NCBI GenBank assembly: GCA_965199955.1
Contig: CBDATQ010000001.1
Coordinates: 2,176,001-2,240,000 of the forward strand
Length of the DNA: 64,000 nucleotides
Direction: 5' to 3'
Source of the DNA: Spirochaetia bacterium
GTDB taxonomy: Bacteria > Spirochaetota > Spirochaetia > SZUA-6 > Bin103
The notes beneath the pieces are model-generated. The model was not told where the DNA came from. It made no database searches and was given only the letters and a program-made list of their open reading frames with translations. The stretch's first letter is position 1. Each line of letters opens with the position of its first letter. Both the position numbers and the translations under genes were made by a program. Shown in pieces: positions 1 through 10,310 of the stretch.

Positions 1-387
1 GACGCCCTGCACGCGGTGGTCCTCTCCGACCGCATCGGCGCGGCATCCGCTCTGAAGATGTGCTACGCGGCCAACACCAAGGGCGCCTCCGCACTGTTCG
101 CGGCGATCCTGGCGCTGGCCGAGCAGGAAGGAGTTCGGGCCGCGTTGGAACGGCAGTGGGGAGACGATCTGACCGCTTCCGCGTACAAGCGCGCCGCCGA
201 CAGCGCCCTCAAGGCGTGGCGGTTCGTGGGCGAGATGCACGAGATCGCGGCGACCTTCGCGGAGTCCGGCCTGCCCGGCGGGTTTCACGCGGCGGCCGCG
301 GAGATCTACGAGCGCCTGGCCCCGTTCAAGGGCCGCACCGAGCCGCCGGAGCTGGGCGACGTGCTCGACAGCCTGCAGCGGCCGTGA
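1..387 (+). CDS. NAD(P)-dependent oxidoreductase, DUF1932 C-terminal domain (5'-partial)
   Basis: ASALKMCYAANTKG...KAWRFVGEMHEIAATF is typical of the 6PGD-like/DUF1932 C-terminus; the frame is open to the window edge. Confidence 0.8.
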   Translation, partial: DALHAVVLSDRIGAASALKMCYAANTKGASALFAAILALAEQEGVRAALERQWGDDLTASAYKRAADSALKAWRFVGEMHEIAATFAESGLPGGFHAAAAEIYERLAPFKGRTEPPELGDVLDSLQRP

Positions 388-1513
388 GCCTGACCGTGCT
401 TGGCGACGCCCCTGTGTCGCCCAACCTGGCGGCCGCCGACCGCAGTTCGGTGTGCGCGTACCCGGTCGCGACCCGGTTGGCCGACGGCACGGTGTGCGCC
501 CTCTACCGGCAAGGGTGCGACAAACACGGCGCCGACGGCCGGTTCCTGATGCAGCGCTCCGCCGACCGTGGTGCGATCTGGAGCGAACTCGTCGTGGTGC
601 TGGACCGTGGCGGCCGGGTAATCGGCTCGCCCGCCGCGGACGGCCCCGCGCGCGTGCCGTCGATGGCCGGCCTGCTGCAGACGAGCAGCGGCGCGCTGGT
701 CGCCAACTTCGGCGTGGTCGAGGGCTTGAGCGAGGGGACCTACATGTTCGCGGACGAAGCGCGCGATCTGCCCGTCCGCACGCTGCTCACCCGCAGCGAG
801 GACGGCGGCACCACTTGGGCGGCGGCGGAAGTGTTGGACGACGCGCCGGCCGGTTCCTGTCCTGGCACCAAGCCGTTCCAGCGGTCAGCGGGGACGATCT
901 GCATGCCGCTGGAGGTCGCCGGGGCGGTTCCGGGAGTGCCGGGCACGACGGCCGGAGCTTCGGGGGATTCGTCCGTTGCGCGGTCGACGACAGCGGGACT
1001 CTCGCTTGGTGCGACGGGCACTGCACGCAGCTCGACGACGGGCGCATCCTGCTGCTCCTGTGGACGTTCCGGGCTTCTGACGAGACGACGATCGACGTAC
1101 ACCGCTGCCATTCCGAGGACGGCGGGCGCACCTGGAGCAGACCGCTACCCACCGGCCTCGAAGGGCAGGTGACGGCTCCGCTCGCGCTGCCGGGCGGACC
1201 CGTAGTGGCCGCCAGCAATCGGCGCGTTACGCCGGACGGCATCCTGATCCACGTCTCCCACGACGGGGGCGACACCTGGGATCAGGATGCCTCGGTACGG
1301 ATGTGGGACGCGGCCGCCGAACGCACCGTGGCCGAGCCGGAGAGCGAAGCCAGCGTGCGCCATGGCGCAGGTATCTGGGCTGCGCTCGGCGGGTTCACCT
1401 TCGGCACACCGGACCTGACGCTGCTCGACGACGGCACCGTGCTGTTGGTTCACTACGCGACCGTCGAGGGCGTGACGCACGTACGCGCAGTCCGCTTCCG
1501 CTTCGATGGCTAG
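384..1513 (+). pseudogene. BNR/Asp-box (sialidase-like) protein, frameshifted near 940
   Basis: GTG overlaps the upstream TGA; Asp boxes RSADRGAIW and RSEDGGTTW lie in one frame, HSEDGGRTW and SHDGGDTW in another. Confidence 0.75.
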
Positions 1514-2441
1514 GGTCCGAACGGTGACCGGCGGCGTGGACGCCCGTGACCTGGGCGTGGTCCTGCCCCACGAGCACCTGATCCACAGCGTCTCCGTCCA
1601 CTCCGGCCGGGCCGACAACACCTGCCTGGACGTGGAGCTGGCCGCCGCCGAATGCCGGCGCTTCCGCGAGGCGGGCGGAGGGGCGATCTGCGACGTCACG
1701 CCCCTCGGGCTGGGGCGCGACGTGGCGGCGCTGCGTGCCGTGAGCCAGGCATCCGGGGTGCCGGTCGTCTCCGCGCTCGGGCTCTACGACACCTGGACGC
1801 AGCCCGACGAGGTGCGCGGCCGTCCTGCCCGCGTGGTCGCCGACTACCTGGAGCGGGGTGTCGAAGGGTGCGGCCTGATCGGCGAGATCGCCAGCCACAA
1901 CGAATCCGGCCACGCCAACTGGCGGCGCTACACGCTTTACGCGTCGGAGCGCGACCTGTTCGCCGGCGCGGCGCACGCGCAGCGGCGCACCGGACTGGCG
2001 GTCACCACTCACGCCAGCCTGGGACGGGGAGGGGTCGCGCAGGCGCGCTGGCTGGTTGACTCCGGCGCGGATCCGGCCCGGGTGATCATCGGCCACTGCG
2101 ACGCACACCTGCACGACGAAGATGCGCTGGACCTGGACTACTACGATGCTCTGCTGGCGCTCGGAGTGTATCTGGAGTTCGACATGTTCGGCTGGGAGGA
2201 GCTGGCACCCGACGAGCTCCGTGCCCGGCGGATCGCGACGCTCTGCGCTGCCGGCCACGCCGGCCGGTTGCTGGTGTCCACCGACACTTGCCGCCGTTCC
2301 CAGCTTCATCGGTTCGGCGGGCGCGGCTTCGACTACCTGTTCGCAAGTGTCATCCCCGCTCTCCGCGCCGCCGGCGTCAGCCAAACCGACATCGACACGA
2401 TGACCCGAGACAACCCCGCCCTCCTGCTTGCCGTTCGCTGA
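1506..2441 (+). CDS. Phosphotriesterase-family (PHP-type) amidohydrolase
   Basis: LPHEHL, DVTPLGLGRD, GEIA (Glu in place of the carbamylated Lys), TTHAS, GHCD and STD motifs. Confidence 0.88.
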   Translation: MARVRTVTGGVDARDLGVVLPHEHLIHSVSVHSGRADNTCLDVELAAAECRRFREAGGGAICDVTPLGLGRDVAALRAVSQASGVPVVSALGLYDTWTQPDEVRGRPARVVADYLERGVEGCGLIGEIASHNESGHANWRRYTLYASERDLFAGAAHAQRRTGLAVTTHASLGRGGVAQARWLVDSGADPARVIIGHCDAHLHDEDALDLDYYDALLALGVYLEFDMFGWEELAPDELRARRIATLCAAGHAGRLLVSTDTCRRSQLHRFGGRGFDYLFASVIPALRAAGVSQTDIDTMTRDNPALLLAVR

Positions 2442-2466
2442 CCGAGACGGCTTGCCGAAGCCAGGA

Positions 2467-3393
2467 TTATGGACGGGACCGGCACTTGCTGACGGAGATA
2501 TTTACGGTGACTCGCGCTTCGGCGCCTGCGGCCAGCAGAGGAAGGGGCGACGCGTCGCGCCAGACTGGGTCCGCAAGGCGGGAAAAGCCGTCCAGTCCGG
2601 CGGTCCACGGCTCGACGCAGACGAAGGGCGCCGCCCGCGGTGAGTAGATCACGAGCTGCGTGATCGCTCCGTCGTAGCCGACCGCGATGCGCCGGCCGGC
2701 GCCGCGATCGGTGAGCACCGCCTCCGCGCCGCTCAGGTCCGTGAACACGTTGTCGTAGCTCGTCTCTGGGGCGAGGCGGAACGCTTCGGCCAGCGCTCGC
2801 GTGGCTCCGGACGGGACCAGCATCTCGGGGTCCAGCTCGACGGCCCGGGAGGCGGGCAGGGCGAGCGACACCCCATCGCGGCCGGGGTTGGAGATCGCCA
2901 GGTACGGGTGCGCACCGAACGCGTAGGGTGCGGGAGTGTCGCTCAGGTTGCGCACGCACAGCTCGATCTCCACCCGGCGTGCCGTCAGGGACAGCTCCAG
3001 GCGCAGCGCGACCGGCCACGGATAGCTCGCCCGCATCAACGCATCGGTGACCTCGACGGCATAGATCAGGGTGACGTATTCCGCTGACCGGTCGACCTGC
3101 GGCGGGCCGATCCGGCAGCGGTCCAGGAACCCGTGAATGGGCATCGACAGCGGCGCCTCATGACCGGCGAGCCGGTAGCCGTCAGCCGCCGGCGGCTCGA
3201 CCGAACGGTCCCAGGTCCTGCCCACCGCCGGGAACAGCAGCGGATTGCCGCCGGCGTAGGGGAGCCCCCGCTCCGGGAAGCCGCCGGGCCGATGGAACAC
3301 GTCGCGGCCGTCCACCACCCAGGAGAACACGTTGCAGCCCAGCTCCCGCGCGATGGCGAACTCGGAGCCGCCGACCGTGAAGCGGTCGATCAT
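2467..3393 (-). CDS. Aldose 1-epimerase / galactose mutarotase-like protein
   Basis: GGNPLLFPAVGR, PIHGF, FGAHPY, YDNVF and FVCVEPWT motifs; start taken at MIDRF. Confidence 0.85.
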   Translation of the reverse strand: MIDRFTVGGSEFAIARELGCNVFSWVVDGRDVFHRPGGFPERGLPYAGGNPLLFPAVGRTWDRSVEPPAADGYRLAGHEAPLSMPIHGFLDRCRIGPPQVDRSAEYVTLIYAVEVTDALMRASYPWPVALRLELSLTARRVEIELCVRNLSDTPAPYAFGAHPYLAISNPGRDGVSLALPASRAVELDPEMLVPSGATRALAEAFRLAPETSYDNVFTDLSGAEAVLTDRGAGRRIAVGYDGAITQLVIYSPRAAPFVCVEPWTAGLDGFSRLADPVWRDASPLPLLAAGAEARVTVNISVSKCRSRP

Positions 3394-3456
3394 GCCCCGC
3401 CCCCCTGCACCGGGGGCCGGTTGCCGGCCGCGGACCTCCTCGCTACAACCATCCCC

Positions 3457-5157
3457 ATGCGTACCGTTCCCGAATCGCGGAAGTACATCATCGCCGACCA
3501 CAATACCGCCACGACCGCCGATCTGCCGCCCTGCCCGAACCCGCTCGGGTGGTACCACTCGGTCGCCGGCATCAAGAACACCGGCGACGGCCTGGTCGCC
3601 ACCTACCGGCTGTCCGACTCGCACACGGCGGTGTACACGCACATCATGGCCGCCCGCTCCCGCGACGGCGGCCGGACGTGGTCGGAGCACCGCTCCATCT
3701 CGGACCGCAACGTCTGGGAGCACCACGCCTGCTGGGTCGCCCCGCAGCTCAGCCGCCTGTCCGACGGGCGGCTGGTGATCGTCTGCGACGAGGGGCAACG
3801 CACCAGCGGCACCGACTGGCCGATGCTGACCCGCTGGCAGCAGCGGCCGCCGCGCGGCATGGCCAACTACCTGTTCTGGAGCGACGACCACGGGGCCACC
3901 TGGAGCGATCCGGTGCGGATCGACGACGTCGGCGGCGAGCCCGGTTACATCACCGAGCTGGCCGATGGAACGCTGCTGTACACGCGGACCGAGTCCAAGC
4001 GGTTCGCCGCGATGGAGGATCCGCCCGAGCCCTGGAACGACATCTACTACCGCAACCAGGCCGTCATCTCCACCGACGGAGGCCGCACCTGGGCACCCGG
4101 CGGGCTGGTGACCGATGCTCCGTACCACGGCGACGCCGAGGTCGGCACCGTGGAGGTCGAGCCCGGGCACCTGCTGGCGGTGACCCGCATCGGCTTCTCC
4201 GGCGGCAAGCTGGGCCAGCCCAGCCGCTTCGTCCGCAGCTACGACGGCGGCCGCACTTGGCAGACCCCGGAGCTGTCGCCGATCTACGGGCAGCGCACCG
4301 TGGTCCGCGCGCTGCGCTCGGGCAAGCTGCTGTGCACCTACCGCCACCGCTGGGGCACGCCGGCGAGCTGCGCGTTCATGTGGGACCCGGGCGAGGAGCT
4401 CGGCTTCCAGCCGACCTCCTACCTCTGCGATCGTGACCGCTGCGGCCTGGAGGACGGCGTGATGGTGTGCCGCACCGAGAGCGGCCGGCAGCACGAGGTC
4501 GAATTCTCACTGTACCCGGCCATGACCTCGAAGGCCGAGGTTTCGCTGGAGGTCGAGCTGAGCCGGGAGCGCGGCGGCGGCGCCGTGCTGCTGTCGGCCG
4601 GCTTCGGCGTGCGCGTCGAGGACGGCTGCGTGCGGCTGGTGCAGTTCGCGACGAAACGGCACGAGACCGGCTCCCTGGAGGACGCGACCCCGTGGCAGGG
4701 CCGCGGCGCCAGCCACTGCGAGATGGACACCGGCGGCTTCCACCGCTACCGCCTGGAGCGCACCCCCGACGCCTGCCGCCTGCTGGTGGACGGTCAGGTC
4801 GCCCTGGCCAGCGACGACCCTGACCTGCGGCAGCGCGTGGTCCGCTTCGGCTCCGGAGGCTCGCTGACCTCCCGCTGGCGCAACGCGAGCGCGCGCGTGC
4901 ACAACCCCGACGACTACTCGATCGACTGGTCCTGGGACAGCGCGACCGGGTTTCCCGATCAGTTCGAGCGCGACCGCGTGGTGGTCCTCGACTACACCTC
5001 CGACTCGGGATACAGCGACTGGACCCAGGCCGACGACGGCACCATCGTCGTGGCCGACTACTCCAGCGCCGATTTCCGGACCATCAACACCGGCGGACCG
5101 CAGCCGGTGCTGAAGGCCTTTCACCTGACCGCTGAGGACCTGGCTCCGGCCGGATGA
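3457..5157 (+). CDS. BNR/Asp-box sialidase-family protein with a C-terminal beta-rich insertion
   Basis: Asp boxes SRDGGRTW, SDDHGATW, STDGGRTW and SYDGGRTW; DSGYSDW at the C-terminus. Confidence 0.82.
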   Translation: MRTVPESRKYIIADHNTATTADLPPCPNPLGWYHSVAGIKNTGDGLVATYRLSDSHTAVYTHIMAARSRDGGRTWSEHRSISDRNVWEHHACWVAPQLSRLSDGRLVIVCDEGQRTSGTDWPMLTRWQQRPPRGMANYLFWSDDHGATWSDPVRIDDVGGEPGYITELADGTLLYTRTESKRFAAMEDPPEPWNDIYYRNQAVISTDGGRTWAPGGLVTDAPYHGDAEVGTVEVEPGHLLAVTRIGFSGGKLGQPSRFVRSYDGGRTWQTPELSPIYGQRTVVRALRSGKLLCTYRHRWGTPASCAFMWDPGEELGFQPTSYLCDRDRCGLEDGVMVCRTESGRQHEVEFSLYPAMTSKAEVSLEVELSRERGGGAVLLSAGFGVRVEDGCVRLVQFATKRHETGSLEDATPWQGRGASHCEMDTGGFHRYRLERTPDACRLLVDGQVALASDDPDLRQRVVRFGSGGSLTSRWRNASARVHNPDDYSIDWSWDSATGFPDQFERDRVVVLDYTSDSGYSDWTQADDGTIVVADYSSADFRTINTGGPQPVLKAFHLTAEDLAPAG

Positions 5158-6746
5158 GCGCCCGCACGGCGAGCGAATCGCACTACGACACCGTCATCGT
5201 CGGCGCCGGTGCGGCCGGGTCGGTGCTCGCCGCCCGGCTGAGCCGCGACGACCGGCGCCGGCTGCTGCTCGTCGAGGCCGGTCCCGACTTCCCGGCCGGG
5301 AACCTGCCGCAGGAGATCCGCTACGGCTGGGGCCGCCACCGCGACGCCTGGGCGCTGGCCTTCGGGTACGAGACGAGGTTCGGCTGGGGCTACCGGGCGC
5401 GCGCCACCCGCCACCAGCCGGACATGTTCGTGCCGCGCGGCAGGATCGTCGGCGGGTCGAGCGCCGTCAACGCGCTGATCTTCCTGCGCGGCGTGCCGGA
5501 GGACTACGACGGCTGGGCGGAGGCGGGCTGTCCCGGCTGGAGCTTCGACGAGGTGCTGCCCAGCCTGCGCCGCGTCGAGACCGACCACGACTTCCGCGAC
5601 CCGTACCACGGCAGCGACGGACCGATCCCCGTGCGCCGCTTCCCGCAGGCGGAGTTGCGCCCGGAGCAGCAGGCGTTCCTCGACGCCTGCCGCGATGCCG
5701 GCTACGACGCCTGCCCGGACCACAACGCGCCGCAGTCGACCGGGTTCGGCCCGCTGCCGTTCAACAGCATCGGCGGCGTCCGCTGGAGCGCCGCCATGGG
5801 CTACCTGGCCCCGGTCCGCGGCCGATCCACCCTGACCATCCTGCCGGACAGCCTGATCCACCGTCTGCTGATCGAGCGCGGACGGGCGACAGGGGTCGTG
5901 CTGCGGGGGCCGGGAGCAGGCGAGGGCGAGCTGCAGGCCGTGTACGGCGACGAGATCGTCGTGGCCGCCGGCGCGATCGGCACGCCGCACCTGCTGCTCC
6001 GCTCCGGCATCGGCCCGGCCGACCACCTGCGCCAGGTCGGGGTGCCGGTCGTCTGCGACCTGCGCGGGGTCGGCGCCAACCTGCGCGACCACCCGCAGGT
6101 GTCGGTCACCGCCCGCACCCCGGAATCCTACCGCCACGACGACACGGCGCCGCGGCTGCAGACCGCGCTGCGCTACACGGCCGCGGGGTCGCCGCTGCGC
6201 AACGACATGATCCTGCTGCCGACCGGGTGGGCCAAGACGGAGGGATACTTCCCGCGCTCGCGATCGGCGGCGATCGGCTTCCACCTGGTGCCCGCGCTCT
6301 ACCTTGCCGCCTCCGCCGGCAGCGTCCGCCTGCGTTCGCCGCGCGCCGAGGATCCCCCGGAGCTGGACTACAACCTGCTCGGCGCGCCCGTGGACCGGGA
6401 GCGGATGCGGGAAGGGGTCCGCATCGCGATCGACCTGCTGCGGCGCCCGAGCTTCCAGCCGCTGGTGGACGAGGTGATCCATCCCACCCCTGCCGAGCTG
6501 GCGAGCGACGCGGCCCTGGACGACTGGCTCCTGCGCACTACGGCCACCAGCCACCACGTCTCGTCGACCTGCCGCATGGGAGCTGCCGACGACCCGAATA
6601 GTGTCGTCGACCGGGAAGGCCGCGTGTACGGCGTCGACCGGCTGCGGATCGCGGATGCATCCATCATGCCCGACTGCGTGCGGGCCAACACCAACTGCAC
6701 GTCGATGGCGATCGGCGAACGGATCGCCGATTTCATGCTGAGATAG
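5154..6746 (+). CDS. GMC family oxidoreductase (choline dehydrogenase-like)
   Basis: GAGAAG FAD motif, RGRIVGGSSAVN, GANLRDHP, HVSSTCRMG, DASIMP and NTN. Confidence 0.92.
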   Translation: MSARTASESHYDTVIVGAGAAGSVLAARLSRDDRRRLLLVEAGPDFPAGNLPQEIRYGWGRHRDAWALAFGYETRFGWGYRARATRHQPDMFVPRGRIVGGSSAVNALIFLRGVPEDYDGWAEAGCPGWSFDEVLPSLRRVETDHDFRDPYHGSDGPIPVRRFPQAELRPEQQAFLDACRDAGYDACPDHNAPQSTGFGPLPFNSIGGVRWSAAMGYLAPVRGRSTLTILPDSLIHRLLIERGRATGVVLRGPGAGEGELQAVYGDEIVVAAGAIGTPHLLLRSGIGPADHLRQVGVPVVCDLRGVGANLRDHPQVSVTARTPESYRHDDTAPRLQTALRYTAAGSPLRNDMILLPTGWAKTEGYFPRSRSAAIGFHLVPALYLAASAGSVRLRSPRAEDPPELDYNLLGAPVDRERMREGVRIAIDLLRRPSFQPLVDEVIHPTPAELASDAALDDWLLRTTATSHHVSSTCRMGAADDPNSVVDREGRVYGVDRLRIADASIMPDCVRANTNCTSMAIGERIADFMLR

Positions 6747-6762
6747 GTCCTCGATCGGGAAT

Positions 6763-6821
6763 ACTTGGTAAAACAGGTGGCGGCCGAGCCGGGACCGTCT
6801 GCGGGCTCCTTTCGCGTTCCG
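6763..6821 (+). repeat. Imperfect direct repeat, copy 1 (ACTTGGTAAAACAGGT...GCTCCTTTCGCGTTCCG)
   Basis: 15 of 16 nt match 9023-9038, and a second shared block follows 26-27 nt downstream. Confidence 0.6.
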
Positions 6822-6934
6822 TGGCCCTATGCCCGCCGCCTCATCGCAGTCCGACGCGTCCGACGGAACGAACGCCGTATTCGCCTCGTGGCGTTCGTGA
6901 CGGCAGCCATGTGAACAGGCGACACTCAGCGGAG

Positions 6935-8130
6935 ATGCCCTTCTTCAACACTACGGGGCCGGTCGTCGCCGCCGATCACTACTGCATCCCGCCGCTGCAG
7001 CGCGTGAACCTGGAAGAGGTGCTGGCGCTGATCCGGGACAAGCGCTACTTCGTGCTGCACGCACCGCGGCAGACCGGCAAGACCTCCGCCCTGTTGGCGC
7101 TGCGCGACCTGTTGAACGGGGGGTCCGTGGGCGCCTACCGCTGCGTGTACGTGAACGTGGAGTCCGGCCAGACGGCACGCGAGAACGTGGAGCGGGGCAT
7201 GCGAGCCATCCTTGGATCGCTGGGGACGCGGACGCGCCGGACCCTGGGGGACGAGTCCCTGGCGCGCCTCTGGCCCGACGTCCTGACCACGTTCGGCCTG
7301 GAGGGGGCGCTGCAGGAAGTGCTAGTGCGCTGGGCGGAGGCCGACCCCACGCCAACGGTGCTCATGATCGACGAGATCGACACGCAGGACGGCGACACGC
7401 TGATCGCCGTCCTGCGCCAGTTGCGCGCCGGGTACGACGAGCGTCCGGACGGCTTCCCGCAGAGCGTGATCCTGTGCGGCGTCCGCGACGTGCGTGACTA
7501 CCGCATCCGTTCCTCCGCAGAAAACACGGTCATCACCGGCGGCAGCGCGTTCAACGTCAAGGCGGCGTCATTGCGCATCGGCGACTTCTCGGAGACGGAC
7601 GGCATCTGGTCGCGCAACACACCGCCGAGACCGGACAGCCGTTCGCCGAAGCGGCGTTGCAGGAGGCATGGGCGCTGACCTCCGGCCAGCCGTGGCTGGT
7701 CAACGCCCTGGCCCAGGAGGCGTGTTTCGCCGACGCAGCGGGCCGTGACCGCAGCCGGGTCATCACGGCCGAGGCGATCCACGCCGCCCGCGAGCGGATC
7801 ATCCTGCGTCGCGAGACCCATCTCGACCAGCTCACCGACAAGCTGCAGGAGGAACGCGTCAAGCGGGTGATCGCCCCGTTGCTGAGCGGCAGCGACGCGG
7901 CCGAAACCATCCGCCCGGACGACCTTCAGTACGTTCGCGACCTGGGACTGGTGGCGCGCGATACGCCGGTGCGCATCGCCAACCCCATCTACCGCGAGGT
8001 GATCCCGCGCGACCTCACCTGGACCACGCAGGAGTACCTGCCGCACGACCCTGCCTGGTACGTGGATACCGACGACGCCTTGAACCTCACCGGACTGCTG
8101 ACCGCCTTCCAGGGGTTCTTCCGCGAGCAC
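6935..8130 (+). pseudogene. AAA-like ATPase (FFNTTGP family), frameshifted near 7605 and 3'-truncated
   Basis: MPFFNTTGP start, Walker A HAPRQTGKTS, Walker B LMIDEID, GQPWLVNAL and ANPIYREVIPR; homology ends at FQGFFREH. Confidence 0.82.
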
Positions 8131-8686
8131 TGGAACTTCCTGCATCGCCGCCGAGGAGTTGCATCACCGGCGCTCGTTCGATCTGGACTTCCACACGCGC
8201 CAGGCGATGGCAGACACTCGTCCGATATTCGAGGGCCGCTTCCAGGTCCTGCAGGTTCCGGACGAGTTCGGGTCCGCGTTTCGGGGGGTGCTGACGCTCG
8301 ACTCGGGGGAGAAGATCACCCTGGAAGTGCTCTCCAACTTTCAGGATACGGATCCTTCCGAGCTGGTCGCTGCTACGCTGGCGCCGGCGTTCCGCAGGAT
8401 TACCCTGCGCCGCTATGTGGAGGACAAGGTACAGTGCCTCGTAGAGCGTGCCGAGGCGCGCGACCTGGTCGATCTTCGCGCCACGCTGACCCTTCGCCCC
8501 GAGCTCGAAGGTTTCATTCGCCAAGTGGTCGCAGGCCAGGATGCCCTGCTGCTCTCGGAACGGCTGCTGGCGTGGGATGACGGTGGCATCCGGCAGGATC
8601 TCTCGTCGTACGAGGATGTCGATCCGCGGCATGCTTCCGCCATGAGAGACCTGCTGCTGTCCTGGCTGAAGGAGGCAAACCGTTGA
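8129..8686 (+). pseudogene. AbiEii/AbiGii-type nucleotidyltransferase toxin, 5'-truncated
   Basis: In-frame TGTSCIAAEELHHRRSFDLDF matches GGT...HRxSxDLDF; DKVQCLVERAEARDLVDL matches KxxA...R...RDxxD. Confidence 0.7.
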
Positions 8687-8976
8687 AGCGGTCGTTGCCT
8701 TATGTCGAACGGGCTTCGACGGCAGACGTGCGGCGGCGTGACGGCACCGTTCTCCGTGTCCCCGTGATCACGGGCATTCTCAAGCACCTCCCGCAGGACC
8801 GGCTCCCGATCCTCCTACGCAGGCCCGAAGTGCTCCGCAAGTACACGCGCGAAGCGCTGCGTGTTGCCGGATGGTCGTTGCTCCGCCGGTTTACGCGCGA
8901 CTGGCTGCTTGAGAATCTGCCGGATGCAGACGTTCGACCGAGCCGAGCCGCCGCGATCCGGTTTCTCCTTTCCTGA
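8683..8976 (+). CDS. Small basic hypothetical protein, possible partner of the AbiEii toxin
   Basis: TTG start overlaps the upstream TGA (4-nt coupling); 97 aa. Confidence 0.5.
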   Translation: MKRSLPYVERASTADVRRRDGTVLRVPVITGILKHLPQDRLPILLRRPEVLRKYTREALRVAGWSLLRRFTRDWLLENLPDADVRPSRAAAIRFLLS

Positions 8977-9022
8977 GAGCGGCGACCGACATCGGCCGAC
9001 CGACCACCTGCGCGCGGAACGA

Positions 9023-9082
9023 ACTTGGTAAACCAGGTAACCGACCGCGAGGTGCGGTTCTGGGCGCTCCTTGGCGTTTCCG
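9023..9082 (+). repeat. Imperfect direct repeat, copy 2 (ACTTGGTAAACCAGGT...GCTCCTTGGCGTTTCCG)
   Basis: Matches 6763-6821. Confidence 0.6.
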
Positions 9083-9090
9083 GCGCTCGT

Positions 9091-10074
9091 TCAGGCGCAG
9101 TCGGGATGGCCTTCGGTCCAGCGGCCGAACGGCACGTCGGTCTGCCCGCCCTGGTTGATGGTGGCCATGCGCGACCGTGCCTGCTCCCAGCTCGCCCGCC
9201 ACTGATCGCCGTCGCGCAGCTCCAGGTGCGAGGCCTTGCGGCTGCGCGCGACGAAGCCGGGAAACGCCTCGCGGCCGGTGTGCTGGCCGATCGGATTGTA
9301 GCGCAGGTCGAAGCTCCACCGGACCTCCTCGCTGACGTTGGCCAGCGAGCCGTGCACGGTCTGCTTGTGGAAGCAGATCAGGTCGCCGCGCCTGGTGGGC
9401 AGGGGAATGGTCTTCTCCGTCTCGAACAGCTTCTCGGGGATGCTCCTCGCGCCCGGGCCGGGGTGGTTCAGACAGTGCGTCAACAGGCCGTTGCGGTGGC
9501 TGCCGGGCACCACCTTGAGGCAGCCCATCTCCACCGGCGTGTCGGTGAGGCTGAACCAGACGGTGAGCATGTCGGTCTCGTCCGCATCCTCGGTGACCAC
9601 GCCGTTGTCCTGGTGCCACTCGGTGGCGGCGAGCACGGCTTTGCCGTTGTGTTTCGGCAGGTACTGCTCCGGCGGCTTGATGCGCACGTGCTGCACGGGG
9701 TTGGAGTAGATCTCCGGGCCGATCAGCGATTCGATCACGTCCAGGACCGGCTCCGCCGTCAGGGCGTCGAGCACCGCCTGGCCGGCCCAGAACGGCGTCT
9801 TCTCGGTCACGTCACTGAACGGCAGCGAGAAGTCGAAGTACTGGGCGTGCGCGCGGCCGGTCTCCGCGTAGATCCGCGTCACCCGCTTGTCGAACGGCAG
9901 GTCCGCGAAGGTGGAGTCGATCTCGCCGTCGCGGTACAACTCGTCGGCCAGGTTGTCGAGCACGCCTGCGTACTCGTGGATCACCGGGTCGAGATAGCGC
10001 TCCGGCGGAATGACGTCCTCCACCAGCAGGTAGCCGTCGGCGTGGAACCGTTCGATCTGCTGCGCTGTCAGCAT
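9091..10074 (-). CDS. Phytanoyl-CoA dioxygenase (PhyH) family Fe/2OG oxygenase
   Basis: MLTAQQIERFHADGY, WHQD, GCLKVVPGSH, TVHGSLAN and RWSFDLRY; GGAGG RBS. Confidence 0.9.
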   Translation of the reverse strand: MLTAQQIERFHADGYLLVEDVIPPERYLDPVIHEYAGVLDNLADELYRDGEIDSTFADLPFDKRVTRIYAETGRAHAQYFDFSLPFSDVTEKTPFWAGQAVLDALTAEPVLDVIESLIGPEIYSNPVQHVRIKPPEQYLPKHNGKAVLAATEWHQDNGVVTEDADETDMLTVWFSLTDTPVEMGCLKVVPGSHRNGLLTHCLNHPGPGARSIPEKLFETEKTIPLPTRRGDLICFHKQTVHGSLANVSEEVRWSFDLRYNPIGQHTGREAFPGFVARSRKASHLELRDGDQWRASWEQARSRMATINQGGQTDVPFGRWTEGHPDCA

Positions 10075-10310
10075 GCCAAAACCTCCTCGGCAAGGGTCGT
10101 CCTTGGTCGAACCGTCCACGATCATGTGACGCCGAACGGCGTTGCGCAACCGTCGCCGCCGGCCGAACCTTGACCGCCATCCGCGGCCACCCGACAAGGC
10201 CGCTCGGTTCCCGGCGTATGTGCTCGCGTGGCGACGCGCAACTCCGACCGAGACGACGCTACGCGGCGACTATGCACCGCCGAAGACGAGTTTCCGAACG
10301 GAGGAGTGCG

